NCBI GenBank assembly: GCA_965223115.1 | Contig: OZ244982.1 | Coordinates: 601,128 to 665,127 of the forward strand | Direction of reading: 5' to 3' | DNA from: Gammaproteobacteria bacterium | GTDB lineage: Bacteria; Pseudomonadota; Gammaproteobacteria; UBA4575 | Length of the DNA: 64,000 nt | In this document: positions 22,559-33,056 of the stretch, piece by piece | How positions within the stretch are numbered: the first letter of the stretch is position 1 | How the letters are laid out: each line of letters opens with the position of its first letter | The notes under the pieces: model-generated | Told to the model about the DNA's origin: nothing | Databases searched by the model: none | Seen by the model: the letters and a program-made list of their open reading frames with translations, nothing else | Made by a program: the position numbers and the translations under genes

Positions 22559-24445
22559 ATGGATACCTTTCCTAGTCTTTTCTTACAGCAAACTAAAACA
22601 CGTCAATCAGATCTAGCAATTCGCGTAAAGCGTAGAGGATTGTGGAAGACTTGGTCATGGGGCGAAGCCGGCACGCGAGTGCATGACATTGCATGTGGAC
22701 TTGCTGCAAAAGGTTTAAAACCTAATGACAAGATAGCAATTTTTGGTAATAACATTCCTGAGCTTTATTTCGGAATGATTGCAAGTCAATGTTTAGGGGC
22801 GATACCCGTTCCACTACACCCAGATTCAAATCAAGAAGAGCTCATTTCTCAATTGAATATCAGCGAAGTTAAGTTTGCATTTGTGCAAGATCAACAACAA
22901 GTTGATGCTTGCTATGAAGTAAAAGATAAATGCGAAAATTTTGAGCAAATGATTTATTGCGATGGGCGAGGATTGCAAGATTATACTTCATCTCGTTTAC
23001 ATAGTATTACGGATCTACAGGAAGCAGGTAAAGCTTTTGCTGCTGATCACGCTAACTTTTTTGAAGATGTAACCAGTAAGATAGAACAACAAAATGAGGT
23101 GTTTATTTTATTTACCTCAGGTACAGCTGGGAAAACTCGTGGTGTAGTACATACGCACGCTAGCTTAATTGATACGGCTAAAGCTTTTGCGGATCAAGAA
23201 AAGATAATGCAAAAAGAGGAAGTGCTTGCATTTATGCCATTATCGTATGCTACAAATATTTTATTTACATATACGCTTTGGCTATTAAAAGGTTTTACTA
23301 TTAACTGTCCCGAAAGTAACGATACTGTGATGACGGATTTGCGTGAAATTGGACCTACCATCCTTTATGCACCACCACATTTTTACAAACAGCTCTATGC
23401 CGAAATTACTTCAAGAGGACAGAGATCAGCTACTTATTGGTTTACAAAATGGTTTGGAATTGCACAGAGTAATCGTGAAAAGTTTTTGAAAGGTGAAAAT
23501 TTATCATTCAATGACAAATTCAAGTGGTTTCTTGGAAACTGGCTAATGTATAAACCACTTAAGAACGTATTTGGTCTTAGTAATTTACGTAAGGCATTTA
23601 CGGGCGGTGATATGATCAATAGCCAAGTCTTCAATTTTTTGCGTTCTATTGGTGTTCATATAAAAAAGACTTACGGTACTACCGAAAGTGCTGGTTTTAT
23701 ATGTGTTCAGGGATGGGAACAACTCAATACCCCTGCCGGTGAATATATTACAGGCAAGCCTCTGCCAGGTATTGATATTAAAAAGCTCGACAATGGTGAG
23801 ATTGTTTTTAAGGGTGTTAATTCATTTAAGGAATACTATCGAGATCCAGAATCTACAGCAGCAATTCGTGATGCAGAGGGCTGGATACGAACTGGTGATT
23901 TAGGTGATATCGATTCTATAGGCGCATTGAGGATTACGGATCGAGTTGATGCCATTGGTAAATTTAATACTGGTGATGTGTTTGCACCACACCTCATAGA
24001 AAATGCACTTAAGTCATCTCCATATATTAAAGATGCACTTGCGGTAGGGGATGGCAAAGATGCAATAGCTGTTTTTGTGATTATCGACGGTGATACAGTA
24101 GGTAGTTGGGCAGAATCTAATCGAGTTCGTTTTACTGGGTATCGAGATTTGGCAACAAAGGACGAAGTATACGAATTAATTCAAAAAACAGTAGCCGATG
24201 TCAATGTACACATTGAGCAAATCGAAGGTAAAGGTTGTCCGCCTATAAAACGTTTTTTGATTTTGCACAGAGAGTTCAATGTTGATATGGGTGAAATCAC
24301 GCGCTCACGTAAAATTAGGCGTGATGTTGTAATGGGTAGACATAAGGCATTAGTAGATGCTTTGTATTCATCACAGCAGGTTTATGAAGTAAAAGATGAT
24401 ACAAGTGGTGAAGTACTTGTCGAGTTAAAATTAAAATCAGCATAG
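22559..24445 (+). CDS. AMP-dependent acyl-CoA synthetase (long-chain fatty-acid-CoA ligase family)
   Basis: AMP-binding signature ILFTSGTAGKTRGVVHTH and the downstream YGTTE motif. 628 aa. Confidence 0.8.
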   Translation: MDTFPSLFLQQTKTRQSDLAIRVKRRGLWKTWSWGEAGTRVHDIACGLAAKGLKPNDKIAIFGNNIPELYFGMIASQCLGAIPVPLHPDSNQEELISQLNISEVKFAFVQDQQQVDACYEVKDKCENFEQMIYCDGRGLQDYTSSRLHSITDLQEAGKAFAADHANFFEDVTSKIEQQNEVFILFTSGTAGKTRGVVHTHASLIDTAKAFADQEKIMQKEEVLAFMPLSYATNILFTYTLWLLKGFTINCPESNDTVMTDLREIGPTILYAPPHFYKQLYAEITSRGQRSATYWFTKWFGIAQSNREKFLKGENLSFNDKFKWFLGNWLMYKPLKNVFGLSNLRKAFTGGDMINSQVFNFLRSIGVHIKKTYGTTESAGFICVQGWEQLNTPAGEYITGKPLPGIDIKKLDNGEIVFKGVNSFKEYYRDPESTAAIRDAEGWIRTGDLGDIDSIGALRITDRVDAIGKFNTGDVFAPHLIENALKSSPYIKDALAVGDGKDAIAVFVIIDGDTVGSWAESNRVRFTGYRDLATKDEVYELIQKTVADVNVHIEQIEGKGCPPIKRFLILHREFNVDMGEITRSRKIRRDVVMGRHKALVDALYSSQQVYEVKDDTSGEVLVELKLKSA

Positions 24446-24459
24446 TTGGTGAAGAACAC

Positions 24460-25251
24460 GTGAATGAAGTAGCAAAAGGAAAAGAGCCACATATGGTGAT
24501 CGAGAATATCGATCTTGCATTTGGTGGTACGAAAGCAATTACAGATATAAGTTTTACTGTCTATAAAGGTGAAATTTGTGCAGTAATTGGACCTAACGGT
24601 GCTGGTAAAAGCTCAATGTTAAATGTAATTAATGGCGTCTACATCCCACAACAAGGCTCTATTACATTTGAAGGTAAAAAGTTTACTAAAATGAAGCCAC
24701 ACTCTGCTGCGGTGATGGGCATTGGCCGAACTTTCCAGAATATTGCATTATTTTCAGGTATGACAGTTGTTGAAAATATCATGTCTGGTAGAAACCTAAT
24801 GATGAAATCTACTTTTATAGAAAATGCATTAGGTATAGGAAGATGTAAAAGAGAAGAGCTTGAACACCGTAAAGCTGTTGAAGACATCATTGAATTTCTT
24901 GGACTACAGTCAATACGTAAGACACCTGTTTCGGCTTTATCATATGGTTTGCAAAAACGTGTAGAGCTTGGACGCGCTCTTGCAGCCGAGCCTAAAATGT
25001 TATTACTAGATGAGCCTATTGCGGGTATGAACTTGGATGAAAAACTAGATATGTCGTGTTTCATTCAAGAAATAAATTATAACCGTGGCACTACTATTGT
25101 TTTGATTGAGCATGATATGGGAGTTGTGATGGATATTTCCGATCATGTAGTAGTAATGGATTATGGTGCAAAAATTGGTGATGGAACGCCTGATGAAGTT
25201 AAAAACGATCAAAAAGTGATTGATGCCTATTTGGGTGTTAGTCATGACTAA
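24460..25251 (+). CDS. ABC transporter ATP-binding protein, LivG-like (HAAT family)
   Basis: Walker A GPNGAGKSS, signature LSYGLQKRVELGRAL, Walker B LLLDEP. The start could instead be the ATG at 24493. Confidence 0.8.
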   Translation: MNEVAKGKEPHMVIENIDLAFGGTKAITDISFTVYKGEICAVIGPNGAGKSSMLNVINGVYIPQQGSITFEGKKFTKMKPHSAAVMGIGRTFQNIALFSGMTVVENIMSGRNLMMKSTFIENALGIGRCKREELEHRKAVEDIIEFLGLQSIRKTPVSALSYGLQKRVELGRALAAEPKMLLLDEPIAGMNLDEKLDMSCFIQEINYNRGTTIVLIEHDMGVVMDISDHVVVMDYGAKIGDGTPDEVKNDQKVIDAYLGVSHD

Positions 25252-25292
25252 CACTAAATTAGCATAAGAAGTATTTTGAGAGGAGCATTTAG

Positions 25293-26240
25293 GTGGAAAT
25301 AATTGCAGCGTTAGGTGAGGCATTTTCTGGAATATTCTCTTTATTTGGGCTAGAAGTGCTCATTGGTGGAATGCTCTCTGGTGTTATGTACTCCTTGGTA
25401 GCAATAGGTTTCGTGCTCATTTATAAATCATCCGGTGTATTTAATTTTGCACAAGGCACTATGCTGTTGTTTGCGGCTTTAACCTTTGTGAGCCTGACAG
25501 AAAGGCAAGTTCACCCCGTCATTGCATTTGCTATCACAACCGTAGTGATGGTTTTTATGGGAATTATTATTGAGCGGACAGTAATGCGCCCCCTAGCCAA
25601 CCAGTCGTTACTATCATTGTTTATGGCAACGGTGGGACTGAATTACTTTTTAGAAGGTTTAGCTCAAGGTACATGGGATTCAGCAGTGCATGGTCTTGAG
25701 CTTGGAATTCCAAGTGATCCTGTTTTTGTATCTGAATATATTCCATGGTTAGATATTTTGGTTAGTAAATTTGATGGCTTTGCTGCAGCTGTTTCATTGA
25801 TTTTGGTAATTGGACTATATCTTTTCTTCCAATTCACACGTACAGGTCTTTCGTTAAGAGCAGTATCAGATGACCACATGGCTTCGCAAGCAGTTGGAAT
25901 ACCACTATCAAAAATTTGGGCTATTGTATGGGCAGTTACGGGTGTAATCACCTTTATAGTAGGCTTGCTATGGGCAGACCGACTAAGCGTTTCTTTTACT
26001 TTAACTGCTGCAGTATTAAAAGGACTCCCTGTAATTCTCATTGGAGGCTTAACTTCAATACCTGGTTGTATCGTTGGAGGTTTGATAATTGGTGCGAGTG
26101 AAAAACTGGGTGAAATATTTTTAGCCGATGTATTTGGTGGGCAAGGTATTGAGCACTGGTGGGCATATCTCACAGCATTAGTATTTATCTTAATACGACC
26201 TACAGGCATTTTCGGTGAACGTGAAATCGAAAGAATATAA
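25293..26240 (+). CDS. branched-chain-amino-acid-type ABC transporter permease, LivH-like
   Basis: 315-aa multi-TM protein immediately after the ATPase gene. GAGGAG RBS before a GTG start. Confidence 0.7.
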   Translation: MEIIAALGEAFSGIFSLFGLEVLIGGMLSGVMYSLVAIGFVLIYKSSGVFNFAQGTMLLFAALTFVSLTERQVHPVIAFAITTVVMVFMGIIIERTVMRPLANQSLLSLFMATVGLNYFLEGLAQGTWDSAVHGLELGIPSDPVFVSEYIPWLDILVSKFDGFAAAVSLILVIGLYLFFQFTRTGLSLRAVSDDHMASQAVGIPLSKIWAIVWAVTGVITFIVGLLWADRLSVSFTLTAAVLKGLPVILIGGLTSIPGCIVGGLIIGASEKLGEIFLADVFGGQGIEHWWAYLTALVFILIRPTGIFGEREIERI

Positions 26241-26271
26241 ATCGAATTAATTTTTATAGAGTACGAGTAGC

Positions 26272-27384
26272 ATGTTTTATAGAGAAACCGGCCAAGTTAT
26301 TTCAAGTTATGATCAAGATCGGCGCATGGTGCCGGTACGAGAAGACCGTTGGATTATGTTGGTGTTCTTGGCATTTATGTTTTTTGTAGTGCCATTTTGG
26401 GCCAATGACTATTGGTTTAGTGCCATTTTAATTCCTATGATGGTGCTCGGAGTTGCAACTTTAGGTTTGAACATTGCAGTGGGCTACACTGGCCAGCTTT
26501 CACTGGGCACGGCTGGTTTTATGTGTTTTGGTGCCTTTACAGCATATAACTTGTTATTCCGTGTTGAATGGATGAATGTTTGGTTAGCGTTTTTATGTGC
26601 AGGAATTGTGGCTGGTTTGATAGGGATCATATTTGGTCTGCCGAGTTTGAGAATCAAAGGTTTCTACTTGCTGGTATCAACTTTGTGTGCACAGTTCTTC
26701 GCTGAATGGTTTTTTAATGCTTATCCTTATTTTTTAAACTACACCAGCTCAGGTGTTGTACATTTACCGGAATTTCACTACCGTTTTTTACCGTATCAAG
26801 ATCAGATATTCGACTTTCTTGGTCTTGATAAAGATTATTCTGCTTATGTTTGGCGCTATTTGATTGCACTGATCGTTACTATATTGATGACCATTGCGGC
26901 AAAAAATATGGTACGTAGCTCAACTGGCCGTAACTGGATGGCTGTTCGTGATATGGATATTGCTGCAAACGTAATCGGTATTTCTGTTGGTAAAACAAAA
27001 TTGAATGCATTTTTTGTGAGTTGTTTTTATTGTGGTGTTGCAGGTGCTATGTATTCGTATTGTTATATTGGCAACCTCGATTTTATGATCTATGACTTAA
27101 GAAGATCTTTCTTAGTTATGTTTATGGTAATTCTAGGTGGTTTAGGTTCTATTTTAGGATCGTTTTTAGGCGCTATATTTGTTTATGGATGGCCAATCCT
27201 TGTTACTAGATTTGGTGATGCAGTGTTTGGTGGTGGTACTTTAGATACTGCATTTGTTGAAAATAACTCTAAAATTATTGTTGGTACAATTATCGTTCTA
27301 TTGCTTATTTATCAACCACAAGGATTTGCAGGATTGTGGATTGCAGTTAAGCACAGGTTACGAATTTGGCCTTTCTCTACATAG
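26272..27384 (+). CDS. branched-chain-amino-acid-type ABC transporter permease, LivM-like
   Basis: 370-aa multi-TM protein in the same operon. Confidence 0.7.
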   Translation: MFYRETGQVISSYDQDRRMVPVREDRWIMLVFLAFMFFVVPFWANDYWFSAILIPMMVLGVATLGLNIAVGYTGQLSLGTAGFMCFGAFTAYNLLFRVEWMNVWLAFLCAGIVAGLIGIIFGLPSLRIKGFYLLVSTLCAQFFAEWFFNAYPYFLNYTSSGVVHLPEFHYRFLPYQDQIFDFLGLDKDYSAYVWRYLIALIVTILMTIAAKNMVRSSTGRNWMAVRDMDIAANVIGISVGKTKLNAFFVSCFYCGVAGAMYSYCYIGNLDFMIYDLRRSFLVMFMVILGGLGSILGSFLGAIFVYGWPILVTRFGDAVFGGGTLDTAFVENNSKIIVGTIIVLLLIYQPQGFAGLWIAVKHRLRIWPFST

Positions 27385-27500
27385 TAAGGAAGTTAAAAGG
27401 TTATAAAAATTTTGTGTTTGCTGTAAAGCATGCATGGAAAAAGTAAGTAGCTTGCGCAAGCTATTTTTAACTAAAGAAAATTCTCTTTGGAGGAGTACAC

Positions 27501-28850
27501 ATGAAGAAGAAAGTAAAGATCATACTGGTAGCGATCAGCATGGTGCTGGGAATGAGCACGAGTGCGATGGCAGAAGAGACCATGTATGTGCCGATTCCGA
27601 GTTATCGCGTGGGGCCCTATGCGGCTGGAGGCACGGGTTATTTTGGCGGCATACTGGACTACTACAACCTACTCAATGCCCGCGATGGAGGCGTCAATGG
27701 CGTGAAACTGATTTGGTCAGAATGCGAGACCGAATATTCAGTAGAGCGTGGTGTGGAATGCTACAAGCGATTGAAAGACCGGGAAGGGGGGGCAGTATTT
27801 TTTGATCCTCTATCCGTAGGGATATCAACCGCCTTGATCGAGACCGGGCGTAAAGACAAGATGCCGATTATTGCGGTGAACCACGGCAAGACCGCGGGGC
27901 AACGTGGCGACATCTTTCCCTACTACTTTATGCCGGGCATCAACACCTACGACGAGCACTCCATCATGGTGCACTTTATTGGAGACGTACTCGAAGGTGG
28001 ACGTGCGAACCTGAAAGGCAAAAAGATAGCCATGCTATATCACGGTTCTCCTTACGGTCGTGAAGCGATCGACTTCATGGACAGCATGTGTGAGAAGCAC
28101 GGCTGCACCCATCATCCTTTAGAAGTACCGCATCCAGGCAATGAGCAACAATCCCAGTGGATCAACATACGCAAACTCAAGCCCGACTACGTACTGCTTC
28201 GCGGTTGGGGCGTAATGAACCCAGTAGCGATGCAGACTGCGGTACGCACAGGCTATCCAGTGAGTCGTTTGATTGGCAACATCTGGAGTAACTCAGACGA
28301 AGACGTGATACCAGCGGGTAAAGCGGCAGACGGCTACCAAGCCATCACCACCCACCCTGCGGGCACCGACTTCCCAGTGGTACAAGAAATCATCAAGACC
28401 GTATACGGTGAAGGCAATGGCGACCTACAAGACAAATCTCGTCTGGGCTCCGTGTACTGGAACCTAGGAGTACTTGCTGGAGTGGTACACACCGAAGCGT
28501 TGCGCATTGCGCAGGCTCGTTTTGGCAACCGACCATTGACCAGTGCGGAAGCGCGATGGGGTTTTGAGAACCTACGTCTTGATGCGGCGCGCATTGGCGA
28601 GCTGGGTGCGACCGGATTAGTACCGGAACTCAACCTCACGTGTCTTGATCACGTAGGTGGGCACTTAGCGAAATTCCAGCAATGGGATGCGGGCAAGCGT
28701 CAGTGGAACATCGTATCGGATTGGATTGAAGGTGACGTACCGTTATCTCAAGCCATTATTGATGCGGGTGCAGAGAAATATGCGGCGGAGAATAAAATTA
28801 CTGCACGCCCTTGCACTGACGACAATAATGACGATGACTTCGATTTGTAA
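27501..28850 (+). CDS. ABC transporter periplasmic substrate-binding protein, Leu/Ile/Val-binding-protein family; GC-rich relative to its neighbours
   Basis: GGAGG RBS, signal peptide MKKKVKIILVAISMVLGMSTSAMA. The codon usage is visibly GC-rich (gcg, ggc, ccg, cgc) unlike the flanking AT-rich permease and ATPase genes. Confidence 0.75.
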   Translation: MKKKVKIILVAISMVLGMSTSAMAEETMYVPIPSYRVGPYAAGGTGYFGGILDYYNLLNARDGGVNGVKLIWSECETEYSVERGVECYKRLKDREGGAVFFDPLSVGISTALIETGRKDKMPIIAVNHGKTAGQRGDIFPYYFMPGINTYDEHSIMVHFIGDVLEGGRANLKGKKIAMLYHGSPYGREAIDFMDSMCEKHGCTHHPLEVPHPGNEQQSQWINIRKLKPDYVLLRGWGVMNPVAMQTAVRTGYPVSRLIGNIWSNSDEDVIPAGKAADGYQAITTHPAGTDFPVVQEIIKTVYGEGNGDLQDKSRLGSVYWNLGVLAGVVHTEALRIAQARFGNRPLTSAEARWGFENLRLDAARIGELGATGLVPELNLTCLDHVGGHLAKFQQWDAGKRQWNIVSDWIEGDVPLSQAIIDAGAEKYAAENKITARPCTDDNNDDDFDL

Positions 28851-28922
28851 TATTTAAGTCATTCCATCTTTGCAACCGGGTTATTTAACCCGGTTGCAGA
28901 AGGAATGTTAAAAGGAACGATT

Positions 28923-29726
28923 ATGAGCGATACACCATTATTAGCAATTAACAATATTGAAGCCGTTTATGGAGGTGTAATACTTGCATTACGCGGAGTT
29001 TCATTAACGGTTAATAAAGGCGAAATTGTTTCTTTGCTTGGTGCTAATGGTGCGGGTAAAACTACAACTCTTAAAGCTTGTTCACGTTTGTTGTCTGCAG
29101 AAAGAGGCGAAGTAACCAAAGGCTCAATCGAATTAAATGGGGAAGATATTGCTGCATATAATGCCTATGACATGGTTAAACAAGGTGTCGTTCAAGTGCT
29201 TGAAGGGCGTCATATTTTTGCTCACTTAAGTGTTGAAGAGAACTTATTGACAGGATCATTTATTAGAAACATGGACAGAGCAGAAGTTAATAGAAACCTT
29301 GAACATGTTTATGAATTGTTTCCTCGTATTAAACAACGTCGAAAAAACCCAGGTGGACTTTGTTCCGGTGGTGAGCAGCAAATGATTGCAGTAGGTAGAG
29401 CTTTAATGGCAAAACCTACACTCATATTACTAGACGAGCCGTCAATGGGCTTGGCACCACAATTTATTGAACAAATTTTTGAAATTGTTAAACAACTAAA
29501 TGAAGAAGAAGGCGTAAGCTTTTTGGTTTCAGAACAAAATGCAATGGTTGCATTGCGTTATGCGTCGGTTGGTTACGTGATTGAGGACGGACGCGTTGTT
29601 AAAAGAGGTTCCTCAAAAGAATTACTAGAATCTACTGACGTTGCAGAAATGTACTTAGGTGGAGGAAAAGATGTTTCGTTTGATGGTGTGAAGTACTACC
29701 ATAGGCGTAGTGCTAGTTTCGTATAG
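28923..29726 (+). CDS. ABC transporter ATP-binding protein, LivF-like
   Basis: Walker A GANGAGKTT, signature CSGGEQQMIAVGRAL, Walker B LLDEPS. The ORF track starts at 28905. Confidence 0.8.
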   Translation: MSDTPLLAINNIEAVYGGVILALRGVSLTVNKGEIVSLLGANGAGKTTTLKACSRLLSAERGEVTKGSIELNGEDIAAYNAYDMVKQGVVQVLEGRHIFAHLSVEENLLTGSFIRNMDRAEVNRNLEHVYELFPRIKQRRKNPGGLCSGGEQQMIAVGRALMAKPTLILLDEPSMGLAPQFIEQIFEIVKQLNEEEGVSFLVSEQNAMVALRYASVGYVIEDGRVVKRGSSKELLESTDVAEMYLGGGKDVSFDGVKYYHRRSASFV

Positions 29727-29795
29727 TTTTGTGGCAAATATATTACACGTTGAATCAATAGCTGCGTTACACAGCATCACTTGTTAACAACAATA

Positions 29796-30752
29796 CTAAG
29801 CAGCTTTCTTTAGTCTGTTTAGCCAAACTTCTAAGCCCGCAGCATTTAATTCTAAATCTGGTTTTAAGTAATTTATATGTGCTTGTACATCATTATTTGA
29901 ATAACGAGTACTTAAACGTTGTTGAAGATAATCTGTTAAGGCATTATTGATTTTCTCTTTACATTGATCTTCATTTATAAATTGTTTTGCAGTTTCAGCG
30001 TAGTGATTAATATCAGCTCGTAACTCTTGAGCCAGTTTTTGCACTTCAGTAACTTGACCAAAATGTGTTAGGTACATTTTCTCGGGTTTGTAATCTAGTA
30101 ATCGAGTCAGTGAATTTTGCCAAGCGTCTGGTTCAAATTGAACGGGTGATGTAGTAGGTAAGATAAAATCACCATTATCGTCATAAAATTCTCTATACGA
30201 TAGGCCAAAAGTGTCACCTGTAAAAAAACCTTTACTTGTTTCATCGTAAACACAAAAATGGTGTCGAGCATGTCCAGGAGTATCAATAAATTTTAAATTA
30301 CGACCGGCTAAGTCCTGGCTTGAATTATCCTCTGCAACGATTACACGCGTTTCATCGATAGGTATTATCTGCCCAAAGCTGCGTGTGAATTTTTCTTTAC
30401 CGTATACTGCAGTGGCTCCAGCAATTAATTTTTCAGGATTAATCATGTGTGGTGCCCCGCGTGGATGAATGACCAGTTTTGCATTAGGTAGTTTACTCAT
30501 GAGTAAGCCAGCACCACCCGCGTGGTCAAGATGTACGTGAGTAGGAATTACATATTCAACTGCCTCGACTGGAATATTTTTAAGTTTTAAGACTTGCAGG
30601 GCATAAGGTACAGTGTGTCCTGTACCAGTATCAATAAAAGCAGCAGCTTTATTATGAGTGAGTAGATAACAGGCAGCGTGGCCTGTTTTAACATACATGG
30701 TGTCAATGCAAGTAATTCCAAATTCGTAATCGTGATAAATAGGTGAATTCAT
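29796..30752 (-). CDS. MBL-fold metallo-hydrolase
   Basis: HxHxDH motif (THVHLDHAGG) and downstream His/Asp ligands. 318 aa. Confidence 0.75.
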   Translation of the reverse strand: MNSPIYHDYEFGITCIDTMYVKTGHAACYLLTHNKAAAFIDTGTGHTVPYALQVLKLKNIPVEAVEYVIPTHVHLDHAGGAGLLMSKLPNAKLVIHPRGAPHMINPEKLIAGATAVYGKEKFTRSFGQIIPIDETRVIVAEDNSSQDLAGRNLKFIDTPGHARHHFCVYDETSKGFFTGDTFGLSYREFYDDNGDFILPTTSPVQFEPDAWQNSLTRLLDYKPEKMYLTHFGQVTEVQKLAQELRADINHYAETAKQFINEDQCKEKINNALTDYLQQRLSTRYSNNDVQAHINYLKPDLELNAAGLEVWLNRLKKAA

Positions 30753-30764
30753 AAAGTGTTTCTG

Positions 30765-31247
30765 TTAAGCAAGTAAATCTTTGGGGCTTACAATCACGCC
30801 ATCTTCATCGGCATATAGGTAGTGACCAGGTGTAAAATCAATATCTGCAAAATGTACAGGTATATCTTTTTCTCCAATTCCCTTTTTATCTGTTTTAAGT
30901 GGCATCGTAGCCATAGCTTTGCAACCAATTTTAATTGTTGCAATGACTGCTGAGTCTCGAATACATCCATATACAAGTATTCCAGCCCAGTGGTTGTCGG
31001 CACCTGCTTGGGCCAGTAAATCTCCCACTAGTGCACGTCGTGTAGAACCACCACCATCTATTACCAGGACTTGGCCAGAACCTGGGCTTTTTAAGGTTTC
31101 GCGTACTAGAGAGTTATCTTCAAAACACTTTACTGTGCTGATTTTCCCATAAAAGGAGATGTTACCACCGTAATCTTGAAATAGAGGTTGGGCGACAGAG
31201 ATATTTTCTTCATGATCATCGCAAAGATCTGCTGTTTTGAATTGCAT
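30765..31247 (-). CDS. rraA: RraA family protein (ribonuclease E activity regulator / 4-hydroxy-4-methyl-2-oxoglutarate aldolase-like)
   Basis: 160 aa with N-terminal MQFKTADLCD and a central GxGG region typical of the RraA/MenG family. Confidence 0.7.
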   Translation of the reverse strand: MQFKTADLCDDHEENISVAQPLFQDYGGNISFYGKISTVKCFEDNSLVRETLKSPGSGQVLVIDGGGSTRRALVGDLLAQAGADNHWAGILVYGCIRDSAVIATIKIGCKAMATMPLKTDKKGIGEKDIPVHFADIDFTPGHYLYADEDGVIVSPKDLLA

Positions 31248-31561
31248 ATATAAGTGCTCCTACTTAATTTCTATTATTTTGATTTGTAATAATGCCATTC
31301 TTTTGAATATAAATTTTGTAAGCATTTAATACCAGAACTTCAATAATAGGCTTAAATATACCCCAAGATAGGTAGCGTATTAGGCTTTATTGCTTGGCTA
31401 AATGTAAATCTTATTTACCTATTGATGACTTGCATGACGGATTTCTCAATTTTTATAGTCATGCTAAATTAGTATCTGATAATATACACGGCCCATTTGG
31501 GATTGAATGAATTTCTGGAGCAGAAGTTTACATTATTAGGGGTTTTTTGAAGGAGGCCATT

Positions 31562-32896
31562 GTGAGTAAGAGTAGAGCAGAACAAATACAAGAATTAGAA
31601 AAGGAATGGGCCAGCAACCCTCGCTGGAAAAATGTAAAACGTGATTATTCTGCAGAGGATGTTGTACGTTTACGCGGTAGTTTACAGCCCGAGTATACCA
31701 TTGCACGTAAAGGTGCTGATAAGCTTTGGGAAAAAGTGAATGGTGCTGCTAAGAAAGGTTATGTGAATGCCTTTGGCGCGATCACTGCGGGACAGGCCAT
31801 GCAACAAGCTAAAGCGGGATTGGAAGCAGTTTATCTGTCAGGTTGGCAAGTTGCTGCCGACGGAAATACATCTGAAACCATGTATCCAGATCAATCTCTC
31901 TATGCATACGACTCTGTTCCTACCATGGTTCGTCGTATCAATAACACTTTTAAGCGTGCAGATGAGATTCAATGGAAAAACATCGCAGATGGCAAAATGT
32001 CAGAAGAAGATGCCATTGATTACTTTTTACCTATCGTTGCAGATGCAGAAGCGGGCTTCGGTGGTGTATTAAACGCTTATGAATTGATGAAAAATATGAT
32101 TGCTAACGGTGCAGCGGGAGCTCACTTTGAAGATCAACTTGCTGCAGTGAAGAAGTGTGGTCACATGGGTGGTAAAGTTCTTGTTCCTACTCAAGAAGCC
32201 GTACAAAAATTAGGTGCTGCACGTTTAGCGGCTGATGTTATGGGTGTGCCAACTATTGTTTTAGCGCGTACAGATGCAGAAGCGGCTAATTTAGTAACCA
32301 GTGATTTTGATGATAATGATAAGCCATTCCTTACAGGTGAACGTACGCAGGAAGGTTTCTATCGTGTTAAAAATGGTTTAGAGCAAGCCATTAGTCGTGG
32401 TGTTGCTTACGCGCCTTATGCTGATTTAGTTTGGTGTGAAACAGGTGTGCCTGATATTGGATTTGCACGTGAATTCGCACAAGCAGTACAAGCAGCCGTT
32501 CCTGGTCAATTGATGTCTTACAACTGTTCACCTTCTTTCAACTGGAAGAAGAATCTGAATGATTCACAAATTGCGACTTTCCAGGAAGATTTGTCAGCTT
32601 TGGGTTATAAATTCCAGTTCATTACCTTAGCGGGTATCCACTTAAACTGGTACCGTACTTTCGACTTGGCGTATAACTACGCGCGAGGTGAAGGTATGAA
32701 GCATTACGTAGAAATGGTCCAAGAACCAGAATTTGCGGGCCGTGAACGTGGCTATACGTTCGTATCTCACCAGCAAGAAGTGGGTGCTGGTTACTTTGAT
32801 GATGTAACGACGGTTATCCAAGGTGGTTCATCATCTGTTACTGCGTTGACGGGTTCTACTGAAGAGGCTCAATTTGATAAGTCTGCTGCAGGTTAA
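31562..32896 (+). CDS. aceA: isocitrate lyase
   Basis: GGAGG RBS then GTG at 31562. Has the KKCGH catalytic motif ([15 protein letters not shown]) and is collinear with AceA. The ORF track starts at 31547. Confidence 0.9.
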   Translation: MSKSRAEQIQELEKEWASNPRWKNVKRDYSAEDVVRLRGSLQPEYTIARKGADKLWEKVNGAAKKGYVNAFGAITAGQAMQQAKAGLEAVYLSGWQVAADGNTSETMYPDQSLYAYDSVPTMVRRINNTFKRADEIQWKNIADGKMSEEDAIDYFLPIVADAEAGFGGVLNAYELMKNMIANGAAGAHFEDQLAAVKKCGHMGGKVLVPTQEAVQKLGAARLAADVMGVPTIVLARTDAEAANLVTSDFDDNDKPFLTGERTQEGFYRVKNGLEQAISRGVAYAPYADLVWCETGVPDIGFAREFAQAVQAAVPGQLMSYNCSPSFNWKKNLNDSQIATFQEDLSALGYKFQFITLAGIHLNWYRTFDLAYNYARGEGMKHYVEMVQEPEFAGRERGYTFVSHQQEVGAGYFDDVTTVIQGGSSSVTALTGSTEEAQFDKSAAG

Positions 32897-32924
32897 GCTA
32901 ATAATTTAAATAAAAGCTTAAAAA

Positions 32925-32960
32925 CCCGGTATGTAACAATTACATACCGGGTTTTTTTTA
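32925..32960 (+). terminator. rho-independent terminator after aceA
   Basis: cccggtatgtaa-caat-tacataccggg hairpin followed by a run of 8 T. Confidence 0.75.
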
Positions 32961-33056
32961 TTTTGTTTATAAGAAAATACTTATCGGGCAGGGTGTAATT
33001 ATTTAAACTATAATCTGTTTAACAACATAAATATTAAATTCTACTAGAGGTTTTTT

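Noticed and set aside
25664..26209. 181-aa minus-strand ORF inside the LivH-like permease gene
   Set aside because: Antisense to a well-supported membrane-protein gene. No RBS or domain features.
27434..27805. 123-aa ORF overlapping the start of the binding-protein gene, and antisense ORF 28334-28639
   Set aside because: Alternative-frame and antisense ORFs are expected in GC-rich DNA. The binding-protein frame has the RBS, signal peptide and family features.
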